A stretch of DNA of 64,000 nucleotides from Batkoa obscura (taxonomy: Eukaryota). The position numbers and the translations under genes were made by a program. Every line of letters begins with the position of its first letter. Position 1 is the first letter of the stretch. Below, one piece after another: positions 24,508-37,153 of this stretch. The stretch is from NCBI GenBank assembly GCA_030770535.1, contig JASVEC010000017.1:930001-994000 (forward strand), given 5' to 3'. The notes beneath the pieces were generated by a model. The model was not told the DNA's origin and searched no databases. It worked only from the letters and a program-made list of their open reading frames with translations.

Positions 24508-27478
24508 ATGGTAATCAAATATGTAAATTAATGAATTCCATTACTAAATTATGAAAAGGCCAATTTATTAGATTCCGTTACATACATATTTAAAAAGAAT
24601 AATATCGATTCTGGTCAAGAATTAAATATCCAACTAATTTTAAACACGTTTGAAGAAATAAACAAAACCAAAAAACTACTTGATAATAACCACTACACCC
24701 AACTAAGAAGGTTTTCAAACGAACATCCAACATTAAAGTTAAATGCCTTAGACACCTTAGATTTAATTAACAAGATAGTCAGTGGAGACTTCCAAACGAA
24801 TGGTAAATCAGAGCTAAAAACTTTTTTTAGTATGCCAATCAAAGGAAAACAAAGACGTTCGTCTATCTTATCCGAAAAAGCCAAGTTTTGTCCATTACCT
24901 GATAGTAGCTTGGGTGTTTCTTTAGGTCGATTTCGACGACCAGAATCACCACTCAATTCTCTAGAAAATAGCTCTAGGTTTTTGAATAGTGAAGTGAACC
25001 CAAGGTCTTTAGAACGCCCTCTATCCCCTTTTGATCCAGATGTTGGAAGGTTACATCGAAGTACTAGTTTTAAATCAATGAAAAAAAGTTCGATTAAATC
25101 ATTGCATGAAAAGTTTGAAAAGGATAATGATACAGGGTATGTTCCTATACGTTCACCATCTTTCGATATAAGTATTATTAAGAATGATAGTGGTTTGAAT
25201 GGTATAGAGGATCATAGGAAAATAAAAAAAGCAACTAGTTTTTTAAGTCAAAAACTTGAGTATACTGAAGATAGTCTTTCCGAAATGGTTACTGAGTCGG
25301 ATAATAAGATTAAAGAGCTGGAAAAAGAAAATCGAAAGCTAAAGCAGGATTTATACTTAAAAACAAAAGAAGTTAGTGAACAACAAGGATTTATTAGTAA
25401 ACAGCAAACCAAAGTCAATATATTAGAAAAAGAACAAGCGGATGGTAAGGAAAGCTTAAATCATTATAAAAAGTTGTATTTTCAAAAGAAGAAACAATAT
25501 GAGGAAGCAATTGACTCTAATAAAAAAGAAGCAGAGATTAAAAAATTAAAAATTGAAGAGTTGGAAAATGGATTAAAAGCAATGAAGGCAGTGAATTTAG
25601 AACATCAAACATTAATCTTACAAGCAAATTCAATGAAAAAAAGGATAAGTGCTCTTGAAAAAGATGTTCAGATTGCCCAATCGGTAGCTAAAAACTTTGA
25701 CGAAGTAGTACAGGAAAATTACCAGATGAAAATTCTAGTAGAAAATTTACAAAAATCATTAAGTGAAGCAAATAATCCTCCGATTCCGCTTTCAACTCGC
25801 GAAGTTGAAGATCATACACCAAAAGAAGAGATTGGTAATCCTTTGGAATTACCACAAGATAATTTAACTATATTAAATAATTTTAATCCAATTAATGAAA
25901 AAATGACAGCAAAAGCAATGAAAGAATTGGAGAGAGAAAATAAATATTTGAAAAGAAATATAGAAAAGACATGGTCACAGTGGGATAAACTAAAGTTCGG
26001 ATTTTTAAAGATACCTGGACTTGAAGCAAATGTCAAATCTAGCCAAGTTAATGTAAAAGAACTTTTAAATAAAATGGAGATGCATAGACCAAACAAAGCA
26101 TTCCCTGTTTTTCAAAGAGCTTCAATTCAGCATGTCATTATCGATGATCGTCCTTTCCTTTCTCCTACTGAGTTATCGGAAATGTCTAGATCCCTTTCAG
26201 AAGAAGCTGAAATGAGAAGCCAAAGTTTAACGCCACACTTCGGCTTTGGTGAAGCAAATAAAAAGTTGAATGTCGAAATTGAAAAAGAAAAAGATAATGA
26301 GGTTCCAGATATTATAATCGAAGAAAGGAAAGATCAAAACCCAGATATATTGGTTGAAGCAAGCAATGATAATGAAATTAAAACTGAAGAAAAAGAAAAT
26401 GGACAAGGTAAATAGTCTAACTTCATACATTTGAGTTTTTAACTTTTAATTTTAGAACAAAAAACTGTGGAATCTAATAAAGAACTAAAGACAGTAGATG
26501 AAGAAATTAGAGAAGATCCTTCAACTACTTTCTTAAGCACATCTCATTCATCTACAAATTCTTATCATTCATTGTCAAGCCAAGTAGAACATTCCAATAT
26601 ATCCACTAAAAATACACAATTAAGTAAAATGTCATCAAATAGTTCTTTATCATCAACTGAGCAACCAGATAACTCAACTCCTAGGTCAAATACACCTTCT
26701 TCCACTACTAGTAATAAACGCAATGACTTGGCACCATTACCAAGACCTATTTCATTGTCTACAATAAGTCCAAATAACACAGGCTCTTTTAGGAATAGAA
26801 AAAATAAAAATCGTAACTCAAGGGTAATTAGACAGGTTTCATTTAGCGATTTAATCGATGGCGAAAATTTGATATCGACTCCAACTTTAGCATCTTCCTT
26901 GTTGGTTTCTCCAATAACTGAAGAGTTTTCTAGTGAAGCTCAAAATGTGGAAAATGATACTAATGAAATCAAGATCAAAGGTATTAAATAGTTATTAGTT
27001 TTATTTTATTGGAAGTGTATTAATTTTTTTAGTAAACAATGAAAATAGTGAATATTTTTCAAATCGATTCAAAATTGGGGATCTATATACTTCAAATGTA
27101 TTAGGAAAATCAGAACTAAGTCCATTGCCAAATGGTAATAAGATCAAAGAATCCTCCTTAGTAAAAGAAGAAAAGGGCGACATGACACCAATGTATATGA
27201 TGGTTGTGTATTATATTGTTGCTTATCTGTTGACTTTTATAACTTCAGATGAGAGCAAGAAGGAATCGCTATCTGATCCTCAAGAAAAAATTACGTTGAG
27301 CAGGAATAGTACTAAGAAAGGGAGAACAAATGAGAATCGGGTTCACCATATAGACTCCTCATCTATAGAGATTAGAGAGAGTAGTTTTGATGAAGAAACA
27401 GATAGTAAAGATTCAAATTCAGTGTTCCACTTTTGGCTTCAAGCGTTAATTTTGGGTAGTAGGGGTAATGAGGAGTAA
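24508..27478 (+). CDS. Large coiled-coil protein with a single C-terminal transmembrane segment (KASH-like architecture)
   Basis: ATG 24508, intron 24511-24558, then an open frame continuous with ORF 24832-26415. Introns near 26408-26455 and 26981-27032 join ORFs 26467 and 27125. Hydrophobic MYMMVVYYIVAYLLTFI lies ~80 aa before the stop. Confidence 0.7.
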
Positions 27479-27917
27479 TTTTTTATTTTTGAACTTTAAA
27501 AATACTTCTATTTTTGTTTTTTTGGTAAATCTGCTTTTTATGTTTAGCTAAATTTAATTTTTATTTTTGATAAATTTTAGCCTTTACTGCTTTTATGGAA
27601 TCCTATGTTTATTTCGGTTTGTTAAAAAGTACTTCATGTTATTGTAATTTTATAGTCAGATTAATGGATTCTATTGTTCAAATTATTATATTATAATATG
27701 AAAAATATGAATATTTCAATATCATAGCATTTTTTAAAATAAAGTAACATTTTTGAATCATGTATTGTTTTATTTAAACCACGGTTTTAGTTTTTACACA
27801 CTTATTAATTATAATAACTTTGTATTTCTTGATTTATTATAACAATTAATAATAAAGGGAGTAGCTTATACTATTATTTTTTATTAAAGCATTTATAAAC
27901 ATAAAATTGAATAATAT

Positions 27918-28015
27918 GGGAATGTATTTTTGTGTTTAAGAATTTTACTAACAATTTTTTCGCTCAAATAGCGCTTAAAAGATGGAAAAGTGATGAAGCC
28001 AAAAAAGACACCCTC
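27918..28015 (-). mobile_element. ~98-bp MITE, copy 8
   Basis: GGGAATGT...ACACCCTC flanked by ATAT/ATAT; between convergent genes. Confidence 0.9.
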
Positions 28016-28087
28016 ATATAGTATCTTATATCATAATTAAAGTTTACAATAAAATAAACATTTATTAATTAAGTATTATATTCTAAT

Positions 28088-29326
28088 CTAATGACGAGTA
28101 GCATTAAGGCGGAGTTCAGTGCTATATTCGGTACGCATTTGGATAGCTTCATTAGCATTTTCAACGAATAAACCATCAACTCCTAAATCAAAGTAGAAAC
28201 GATATTCATCTCTAGCATTTTCGGGCTCACATTTAACGGAACAACCACGATAAGAAGTTTCTCTAGAGTCATAGAAAGTATATAAGACAACTCTAAGACC
28301 ACGTTTATGACATTCCGAAATGATTTGTTTACCAGGAACGATACCACCAAGTTTCTCAACTTTAACTTGATTATAAGTCACATTACGTCCTTTAAGTTCA
28401 TTTTCTACACCAACGTAAATGAACTCTTTCCATGGACTAAACCAAGTAGCATATTGACTGATTTCATCTAATTTTTTATAAGTGTAAAGCTCAACATCAT
28501 CATCAACTAACATAACAAGATCAACTAATTTTCTATCTACTTTGGTATTTAAATATTTAATAGCTTCAAAATCGAAACTTTGGATGGCTACTTTACCACA
28601 TTTTACTGGTTTTTGTTCCTTTCCAGTGCATTTTCCTGGAACTTTAGGGGCTTTGGTCTCTACCTTAGCAACACAGTTAGATGGATCAGAAGCTTTGAGA
28701 GGGTATCCGTTTTGTTTAAGGATATCAAGAGCTTTGTTTTCAAAGTAGTGGGGGATATTTGGGTATAAATCAGCATGATAGTTTGAATGCTTAAGCTCTG
28801 GAACGATATTGATAGAGTAGCCAAGCTTGTAAGCTAATAAATTGGCATTATCAATAAACTCTTGGAAAGTAGGGATTCTAAAGAGTTGGTTATAGAATTG
28901 AGGACGTACTCCAGTTTTCTTTTGAACTACACGGAGTTTCCTTAATTCTGCTAAAGTAAAGTCAGAGATGAAAAACTCATTGCTGATGGTAGTATTATGC
29001 CCATCCAACATACCAGTATAATTACGACGAAGGTGAGCGAATTCTGGGTGTTGTTCAACATCGGTACCGTCTCTAATGTAAAGATCGTGATAGCAAACTG
29101 GGACGCCATCTTTGGTGAGTACAAGGTCAGGCTCGATGTAGTCATCCCCGTTGATAGCTGCAAGCCAGTAACTGCCGACGGTATGCTCAGGTTGTTGAGC
29201 TTTTATACCACGATGGCCAAAGAATTTTACTGGAGTAGCATCATAAGTTGGCCATTTGACGTTTGGTTGGTCAACGATAAAAGAAGATACTAAAGATGCA
29301 GCAAGTAGAGCAATGAGCTTATTCAT
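28088..29326 (-). CDS. Secreted glycerophosphodiester phosphodiesterase (GlpQ-type GDPD), intronless
   Basis: Signal peptide MNKLIALLAASLVSS; GHRG, PEHT, YIEPDLVLTKDGVPVCYHD, IPTFQE, ELKH, IQSF, LGVDGLF. Confidence 0.92.
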   Translation of the reverse strand: MNKLIALLAASLVSSFIVDQPNVKWPTYDATPVKFFGHRGIKAQQPEHTVGSYWLAAINGDDYIEPDLVLTKDGVPVCYHDLYIRDGTDVEQHPEFAHLRRNYTGMLDGHNTTISNEFFISDFTLAELRKLRVVQKKTGVRPQFYNQLFRIPTFQEFIDNANLLAYKLGYSINIVPELKHSNYHADLYPNIPHYFENKALDILKQNGYPLKASDPSNCVAKVETKAPKVPGKCTGKEQKPVKCGKVAIQSFDFEAIKYLNTKVDRKLVDLVMLVDDDVELYTYKKLDEISQYATWFSPWKEFIYVGVENELKGRNVTYNQVKVEKLGGIVPGKQIISECHKRGLRVVLYTFYDSRETSYRGCSVKCEPENARDEYRFYFDLGVDGLFVENANEAIQMRTEYSTELRLNATRH

Positions 29327-30071
29327 GGCTTTAATAAAAATTAACTTGGTAAATTAAAATCAAAGTTAAAGTTGAGTGTTAGTGGCTAATTATATAGTAT
29401 AATTTTAGTGAATTGGGTTTTGTTGTGCATCCTTTGCTATTACAAGAATTGTATTGAACTTTTTAGATTGAAGAATTAATTACCAGTACTTCGAACACCT
29501 GTTTAAAATTATCGATTTTGATTGAATATGAGTTGAATTTTTTATTCCAAAATTAGAATTAATCTCATAAAAATAAGTTAATACAAATTTAAAGTCAAAA
29601 CCAGAATAGTCAAATTTTAATTTAAAATTGTGATGGTTCATCATTCCAGCCGCTGCAGCTCTATTAAGGCCAAATTAACTATTCATTTAAGAATAAACTG
29701 TTTCTGAAATATCATTAAAAGTTCATAAATTGGGTTTTAAAAAAACTTAACAAGTAGTTAATAAATCTCAAAAAACACCGCAAGTTAAATCACAACAGAG
29801 CTATAATAGAGCTACAGTAGATACAATTATTGCTTTTCCTACACGTTTGAAAATTTAAGTGATTTATTTGTAATCATATCTAAACCTTGAGTAATTTTCA
29901 AATGATTTGAATAAAACTTTGTGTTTTTTTTACTAATATGCTATTATTATCCTTTAATGTACATCCAAAACCTATTTTTTAATATATTGTAGTACATATT
30001 ATTTACTTAATAGAAAACAGTAACATCATAGTTAACATTTTTTAATAATAATAAAATTTTATTAGTTATAT

Positions 30072-30169
30072 GAAGGTGTTTTTTTGGTTTCATCATTTTT
30101 TCCATCTTTTAAGCGCTATTTGAGCGAAAAAATTGTTAGTAAAATTCTTAAACACAAAAATGCATCCTC
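30072..30169 (+). mobile_element. ~98-bp MITE, copy 9
   Basis: GAAGGTGT...GCATCCTC flanked by ATAT/ATAT. Confidence 0.9.
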
Positions 30170-31578
30170 ATATTATCATTTTTAAAGGCATGTCCTTTTA
30201 TGTGACGTTTTGAGTGAGACAAGGGCAATTCTTGGTTTATAATTCACACTTTTATTATTTAGATGAAAATTTTTGAAAAAATATTATATTTTAAGCTATT
30301 TAATGTAGTTACGGATAAAAAGGAGTTTATAGTGCCAATTTTACAGTACTTTTTCACTTCAGAATTTATCCAAGTATATAAAAATACCAAAAAATTGATA
30401 ACATAGACTCACTTTTGTCCATCATCATAATGATTTTACCAAAATAAAATATGAGAGCTTGAAGAAGTCAGATTTAGGTAAGGTTGGAATGTAAGAGATG
30501 GAAGTTAAAAGTAAATTCAAGGTCAAAATAAGAGTATAGTGGGCCGAAAGGTAAATTTTGAGATTAGTAGAAGGCACAGATTTTATTAATGTTAGTTTCT
30601 AGCAATTTTTCAACTTTTAAGTTTTAAAAAATAAAGATTAAAAACAGTAATGATACTTTACTATTATGAAATGCTAAAACGTTTTAACTTATATTTTTTG
30701 TAATAATTTAATTAATTTAGGTAGCTTTTGTGATACAATAAACTTTGTTTTAAGCTATTTATTAAATCATGCTGATCAAATGCTGATAAAAACTTAGAAA
30801 TTGAACTCTTGAATGAGGGGTACTTTATGGTAGTACAGGAGTTCCAAAAAACTGAGTCTAAATCTTTCCTGTCGAATTGGTGTCAGTAGCCTATAGGAAA
30901 TTACTTCTAACTTTTTCATGAGGTGAAGGATGCTTGCTCCTTCTGCCTCCCTTTTAATCTCGTTCCCCTTATCTGCTCCAATAAGACTCTTTCATATATG
31001 ATTTCTTTTATTGATTTTCATTTTCTCCTTCTGCATTGGGTTTTATTGTCCTAAATAATTAAATCTTTTGTTAGATAAAAAAACGTATTTTTATGTACAA
31101 TGTTGCACAAAACTGAGGAAATTCAAAGCTCGTGGCTTATGTTTTTTTGTTTTTAGTGTAATAAAATTTAAAATAAAAATTATTCATTTGATATATCTAG
31201 AGCGTATATTGACTTTAATTAATGTTTCTATTAATATAATTTAATGAGCAACTTAACACTTCGAGGTTATTATATTATTAAATAATGACTTTGTTTTGAA
31301 TTATTATTATTACATGAAATCTAATTTTTCTATAATTTTATAAACAAATATAAGTATAAATAAAGGAAAATTTTATTATTATATGAAGTTATCAATGTAA
31401 ATAAACAGAATTAATCTAAAAACATCTTCATAATTTGCTATAATATTTTAATTTATGATCCCAGTTACTTCAAAATATGTAATATAAAGATATCAGTAAT
31501 CACAATAATAAATTTTTAAAAGCAAAAATAAAAAAGTATAATTAATCCTAAAATAGGTTATTTGAATTAACATAATAT

Positions 31579-31675
31579 CAGGATATATTTTTTTGTTTAA
31601 GAATTTTACTAACAATTTTTCCGCTCAAATAGCACTTAAAAATGGAAAAAGTGATGAAACCAAAAAAACATCACC
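31579..31675 (-). mobile_element. ~98-bp MITE, copy 10
   Basis: CAGGATAT...ACATCACC flanked by ATAT/ATAT; ~390 bp upstream of the first O-methyltransferase. Confidence 0.88.
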
Positions 31676-32062
31676 ATATATAAAATTCAGACTTACTATG
31701 TGGCTTCATAGAAAAAAGGCAAGTATTTCTATGGCTCCCCTATAAACATATAAAAATGTTATATTATTGTTGAGGTCTACAGTATTGGCTCAGCTCTCTG
31801 ATATGTCCATAATAAACTATGAAATTAGGATTTCTTAAATTAATCAAATCCTTGATCGCATTTATTGTATTATTTAAAGAGTGAGTGAAGGTAATTAAAC
31901 GGTGTAAAGCTAGATTAGTAATTGACTTAAAATAATATGCTTAAAGAATAATATAATGTTGCATTTGATGATATCACTTTTCAAGGTCATTAAAATAAAA
32001 ATAAAATGCTAAAAAATGAAAAGTATATAAACTAAGAAATAGTCATAGTATCTTTATAAAAA

Positions 32063-32865
32063 ATGGATATTAACTATAAACGTAATTATCACTAATTTTT
32101 TTAAAATCCAAATCTAATAAATTTATTTAGAAGTTCAAAATGTATTAAAACATATATTCAGTCATGCAACTGAAGGTAACCCAGAGTCGGTCCTCAAGGC
32201 TTTTGAATCTTATTTCTATGAAACGGAACATATCATGATCGTTGGTGAAAAAAAAGGTAGTATTTTAAAAGAAAATATTCAAGCTAAGCAACCAAAGGTA
32301 ATAACTAAATTCAAATTATACTAATTTAACTAAACAATTATAGGTTGTCTTGGAATTAGGTGGCTATATTGGTTACAGTGCTATCTTTATGGCTCAATTA
32401 ATAAAGGATATCCCAGACGCTCATTTCTACTCTGTAGAATTTGACCCTATCCTTGTATGTGTGATGGAAAAAGTAAGCTACTAGTTAATTTTGTTTATAG
32501 GTGTTGATCTCTTATAGGTACTTAAATTTGCTGGATTACAAGACAAGGTCACTGTACTTAGGGGAAACTTAAAAGCAGTGTTATCCGAACTTAAGGAGGT
32601 ACATAAAGTTGAAAAAGTAGACTTATTTTTCTTGGATCATATCAAAACCGAATATCTCAATGACTTTAAATTAGCCAATGAGGCTAAATTATTTCATCCA
32701 AATTCAATTATTATTGCTGATAATGTTATATGGCCAGGTGCTCCGGATTACGTTGAATATGTTGGTAATCATCAAGACTTTGAGTCGGAAACCCATAAGT
32801 TCTTACTTGAGGCTAAGGGTCATGTTCATACCGATGGTATAATGGTCACTAAAGTCAAGGTTTAA
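32063..32865 (+). CDS. Catechol O-methyltransferase-like protein, copy 1 (4 exons)
   Basis: GNPESVLKAFE, MIVGEKKG, VLELGGYIGYSA (SAM binding), FLDHIKTEYLND, IIADNVIWPGAPDY. Confidence 0.9.
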
Positions 32866-34417
32866 TAAAAAAGGTTGCATTGTGTTATAGTTTAGTACTT
32901 ATTATATTTGAATTTTTTATTTAAGTGATTACTTTTGAAGGCAGTCAAGTTTTATGCTACACAAAAAGTGCAAAGTTGTAATAATGACAACCAATTAAAA
33001 ATAGGAAGTTGTTTTTATAACGAAACTTCAAAAGTAAAATTCAGAGCAAATAAATCAATTATTTTAAGCTCTATTCTATTAGGTTAAAATTCGCCGAAAA
33101 AATTACAGTTACTTTGACAGTAATTTGTTGCCATATGTGTATATATTTGGTTAAAATGAGCTCAGAGACTGTCCATAAGGCCAGTATAAAAGTATAAACG
33201 ATAATGAGCTTGAGTTTTCAGTGTTATATTTGTGTTTAGTACTAAATAGTGCATTAAAATTTTTAAAAAATGTAATCAAAAACTTAAATTTATAGTAGTG
33301 AAATTATTGATTGAATAGAGTACAATACCTCAAACCGTTAATTTCTACAGCCTTTTTGATGCTTGTAGAAAGAGCATGCCTACCTTTCAATTCAACTGAA
33401 ATTTGTAAATGTGTATATGGATTAATTTAAACCCAAGGTGCAACTTTTTCCCGGTTTTGATTTATGATGAAAATAGTAAATTAAGTATAAATAATATGGG
33501 AGAAATATGCATGCCTTCTTTATTAAAGAAGCTATTTCAATTATTGTCTATTTTATATTCTAAGTTAGAATTTGAAAGGGTAGCAAGATAAATGCGATTT
33601 AGTAACCCAAGTCATCTGATGCCTAACACCGGTTTTCGACTTGATCTTTGATTCACAAGCTTAGTCACGAACTTTATTTTTTTGATCTTTTAAACGAAAC
33701 CAGTTTGGGAAAATTTTGGACATCCCTTGTTTTTTGGGCAAAGATTAATCTCTATATTAGAATAAAGATTAGTAATACTAGTTTGTATTTTTAAATAATA
33801 AATAAAAGCTTGAGATTGGGAGGAGTATCCGTAAGGGGTTATATATTATCAGAGTTAAAATAGTGGATTTAATCTATAGGCTTTAAATATACTAAATTAT
33901 TAAAGCAGTTTGTGTAATTGATTAAGGGTATCTATATAAAATTAGTTAAAGTGATAGTATAAGATACTCTTAGAAATTCTAATGTTTGAGTTGGTAATTT
34001 CAATAGCTTTGTTAAACACTTTCCTTTACGGCTCAATAATTTAATTAAGATGGACTGGGTATGCTTTAAAAACAATATTTTAAGTGATAACAAAACGACC
34101 TTATGATATAAATTCATTTTAAAAATATACTTTTTAAAGACAAAAATCCAACGAATACTTATATGCCATTAATTCTAGTGATGTAATTAAAATAAAAAAA
34201 GCATTTAATACTAATAATTCTATAAAAGAAAATCTCGTCATTTAAGGATTTCAACTTTTAGTACAATAAAGTTTATCAGATTAAAAAATTCCGAAATACC
34301 GATAAATGGTACTTCGCATTTAGTTTTGACATCAAAGTTAAAAAATTATTCTCAACTTAACAGCTTATAAAAAGTATATAAAAGAACGAAAATAAATTAC
34401 TTTTGAATAAAATAAAA

Positions 34418-35248
34418 ATGGATATCGATTATAAAAGTAATTAATAATAATAATAATAATAATAAAATGTTAGAATTAATGAATGTAATTCTTATAGAAG
34501 TAAGAAACGTAATTGATTACATATCTTCCACTGCAGTTAAAGGGAACCCAGAGTCCGTGCTTAAAGCTTTTGAAGATTATTTTTATAAACATGAGCCTAT
34601 TATGATTGTTGGTGATAAAAAAGGAACTATTTTAAAACAAAACATCGAACAGAGGAAGCCTAAAGTAATTATAATAGTTATATAAAAAATAGGAGTTTAA
34701 TTCACAATTAACTTTAGGTATTAGTTGAGTTAGGAGGCTATATTGGTTACAGTTCTATTTATATGGGAAACTTAATTAAAAATGATCCCGATGCCCATTT
34801 TTATTCTGTTGAGTATGATTCCATACTTGTATCCGTAATGCAAAGAGTAAGTATTTATAATATAGTCATTGTATAACTAATATCGTATTATTAGATAATC
34901 AAATTTGCAGGTTTAGAAAACAAAATTACAGTAATTCACGGGGATTTAGCAACAGCCTTGCCTAAACTCCAAAAAGACTATAATATTACTACTATTGATT
35001 TATTTTTTATTGATCACGTTAAGTCAGCTTATGTCAGTGATTTTAATTTAGCAGATGATTCCAAGCTATTTGACAATAATTCCGTTATTATTGCAGACAA
35101 TGTTATCTATCCAGGAGCCCCAGAATATATTGAGCATGTTAATAATCACCCAAAGTTTGACTCTGAAATTTATGAATTTTTAATGGAAGGTCATGGACTT
35201 TCTATTAAGGATGGTATTATGGTTTCTACTATTAAATCTAGCTATTAA
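34418..35248 (+). CDS. Catechol O-methyltransferase-like protein, copy 2 (4 exons, same intron positions)
   Basis: MDIDYK..., GNPESVLKAFE, MIVGDKKG, LVELGGYIGYSS, FIDHVKSAYVSD, IIADNVIYPGAPEY. Confidence 0.9.
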
Positions 35249-36379
35249 TTATATTTAATAAACATATTTTATTCGTATACCATTATCAAACGTGGGATAT
35301 TACTTTCATCATTAATTTATCAAAAGATTATTTTCAACTATTAATGTCAAAAAAAAAAATTCAACTTGTTTTTATTTAAAATTTTAACATAGTTTTAAAT
35401 TTAAGTTGCTTAAAATGTGAACAAAGTATTGACAGAAAAACATTCGCAATGTTATTACAAACAACTTTTTTAAAGCTTAAAACTAGAGCTCCCAGTTTTT
35501 TGTTTCCTTCATAAGATATTTTAAATTTAATGTATTTACCTTGAAATTAAATGTATTAAATTAAACCATAATCAAACAAATTCCCAGTAGTTCTTCTAAT
35601 TATAAGGTCATATAGCAAACAAATATTTTAGTTTCCAGTAGATATTTTGGATTTTAATAGTTTAAATATTGAAGTTGAAAAGCCGCTTTCAACAAATAAA
35701 ACTAAAAAAATACTCTTATTATAAATATCTTTATATTTTGACATTATATAATGTATAATAAATAATATTGAAATATCATAGTAGGAATTAACTAAACAAT
35801 CAAATACAGAATAAAAAAATAAAAGTTGTTCTAAAAATGTAATTAAGCTTAGCTAATAAGTCCATAATAAATTGCTATAACCTTGGATTTAAAGTGCGTC
35901 TAAAAACTTGATAACATTTAATTTGATCTATTAAAATATAACATACTAAACCTTATATATACTGCTTTACTATTATTATTTGGTATAGTCTTATTTGATA
36001 ATTTATATTAAATGCCATCTTCTTATTTTGAATTAAATTACAAAACCGATAAATGAACATTATTATAATGAGCATAATATTTATAAATGTAGAATAAAGA
36101 TAGCTGTATACTTTTCCTAAAAATTTAAGTATAAATCTTTGTAGAAAAACCAGAATTTCAAATAACCAAAATAATTACTAATAAAGTATATTTTTAAAAA
36201 CAATCAGTATCACAGAACATATAATAAATTGAAAACCAAGGAAATAATAAACTGATAGATTAAAGTATAAAAATGAAACATTATAACATCTCCAAAATAT
36301 TAAGATGACTATAAAAACAATGAGTAGCTACCAAACTACACTTAAAAAAATCTACTTTATTTTTGATAAATAAGTTATA

Positions 36380-37153
36380 ATGAAATTTAATCAATTATTT
36401 TACTCTTCTTTATTCGTTGCTGCATTTATGAGCGGTGTTCTTTCCTTACCCCTTGAAGAAACCGAATTAGGGACTCCTCTCGATTCTACTTCAGCTGGAA
36501 TTAAAACTACTAATGATTTAAAACTAGGAATTAATAGTGATGAAGACTCAGTTGAATTACCAAGTATCCCACCAAGTGGCGAAGAAGAAAACAAGGTAGC
36601 TGAAGAAGGTGGTAAATCAAAGGGTGATAATTTAGGTGGAGCTGGTACTTCAACTAAATTTACATACTATTGGATTACCGATGAAAAAGATTTTACACTG
36701 GGAGAAGACAAATCTATCCCAGATTGTAATACTAAAGGTACGCTTGCCAAAGTATCCAACGAGTATTGGGAAACTGTACATTTAGAAGGTAGTGGGGTTT
36801 TAAGGGATGGACAATTCATTAATTGTGGAGATCAAGCTTGTGACTGTTTTATCAAATCAGAGCCAATAGGGTCAAAAGGAGATCCTCTTGAAATTTACAC
36901 TTCTCTTGCTAATAACGACTATCCTACAGGTACTTTAGTTCATATCAATGAATTTGACGGATTGAAATTACCAAGCGGCAAAACACACAATGGCTGTTTC
37001 AAAGTTGTTGATGTATCCTGGTCTTTCGGTGCTGGTCAAATTGATTTATATGTTAAAGATAAAGCTCACTATCATACCATTCAACAATCCTTTAAAGGAG
37101 ATTCTGTTACTGCTACCTTCAATGCTAGCTGTAAAGTGGAAAAGTATGAATAA
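36380..37153 (+). CDS. Secreted protein with a C-terminal 3D (Asp-Asp-Asp)/MltA-like double-psi beta-barrel domain, intronless
   Basis: Signal peptide and acidic linker, then FTYYW, LEGSGVLRDG..INC, SLANNDYPTGTLVHINEFDGLKLPSGKTHNGCFKVVD...QIDLYV. This matches the A.D...P.GT...D.....IDL pattern of 3D domains as recalled. Confidence 0.7.
   Translation: MKFNQLFYSSLFVAAFMSGVLSLPLEETELGTPLDSTSAGIKTTNDLKLGINSDEDSVELPSIPPSGEEENKVAEEGGKSKGDNLGGAGTSTKFTYYWITDEKDFTLGEDKSIPDCNTKGTLAKVSNEYWETVHLEGSGVLRDGQFINCGDQACDCFIKSEPIGSKGDPLEIYTSLANNDYPTGTLVHINEFDGLKLPSGKTHNGCFKVVDVSWSFGAGQIDLYVKDKAHYHTIQQSFKGDSVTATFNASCKVEKYE

Noticed and set aside
22411..29293. Antisense and alternate-frame ORFs overlapping real genes (e.g. 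22411-22716, 23539-23901, 25812-26096, 28542-28768, 28997-29293)
   Set aside because: Shadow ORFs with no recognisable motifs.
30440..31050. Somewhat GC-richer intergenic patches with short open frames
   Set aside because: Translations gave nothing recognisable and there is no consistent splice structure; may be decayed sequence, but no call is supportable.
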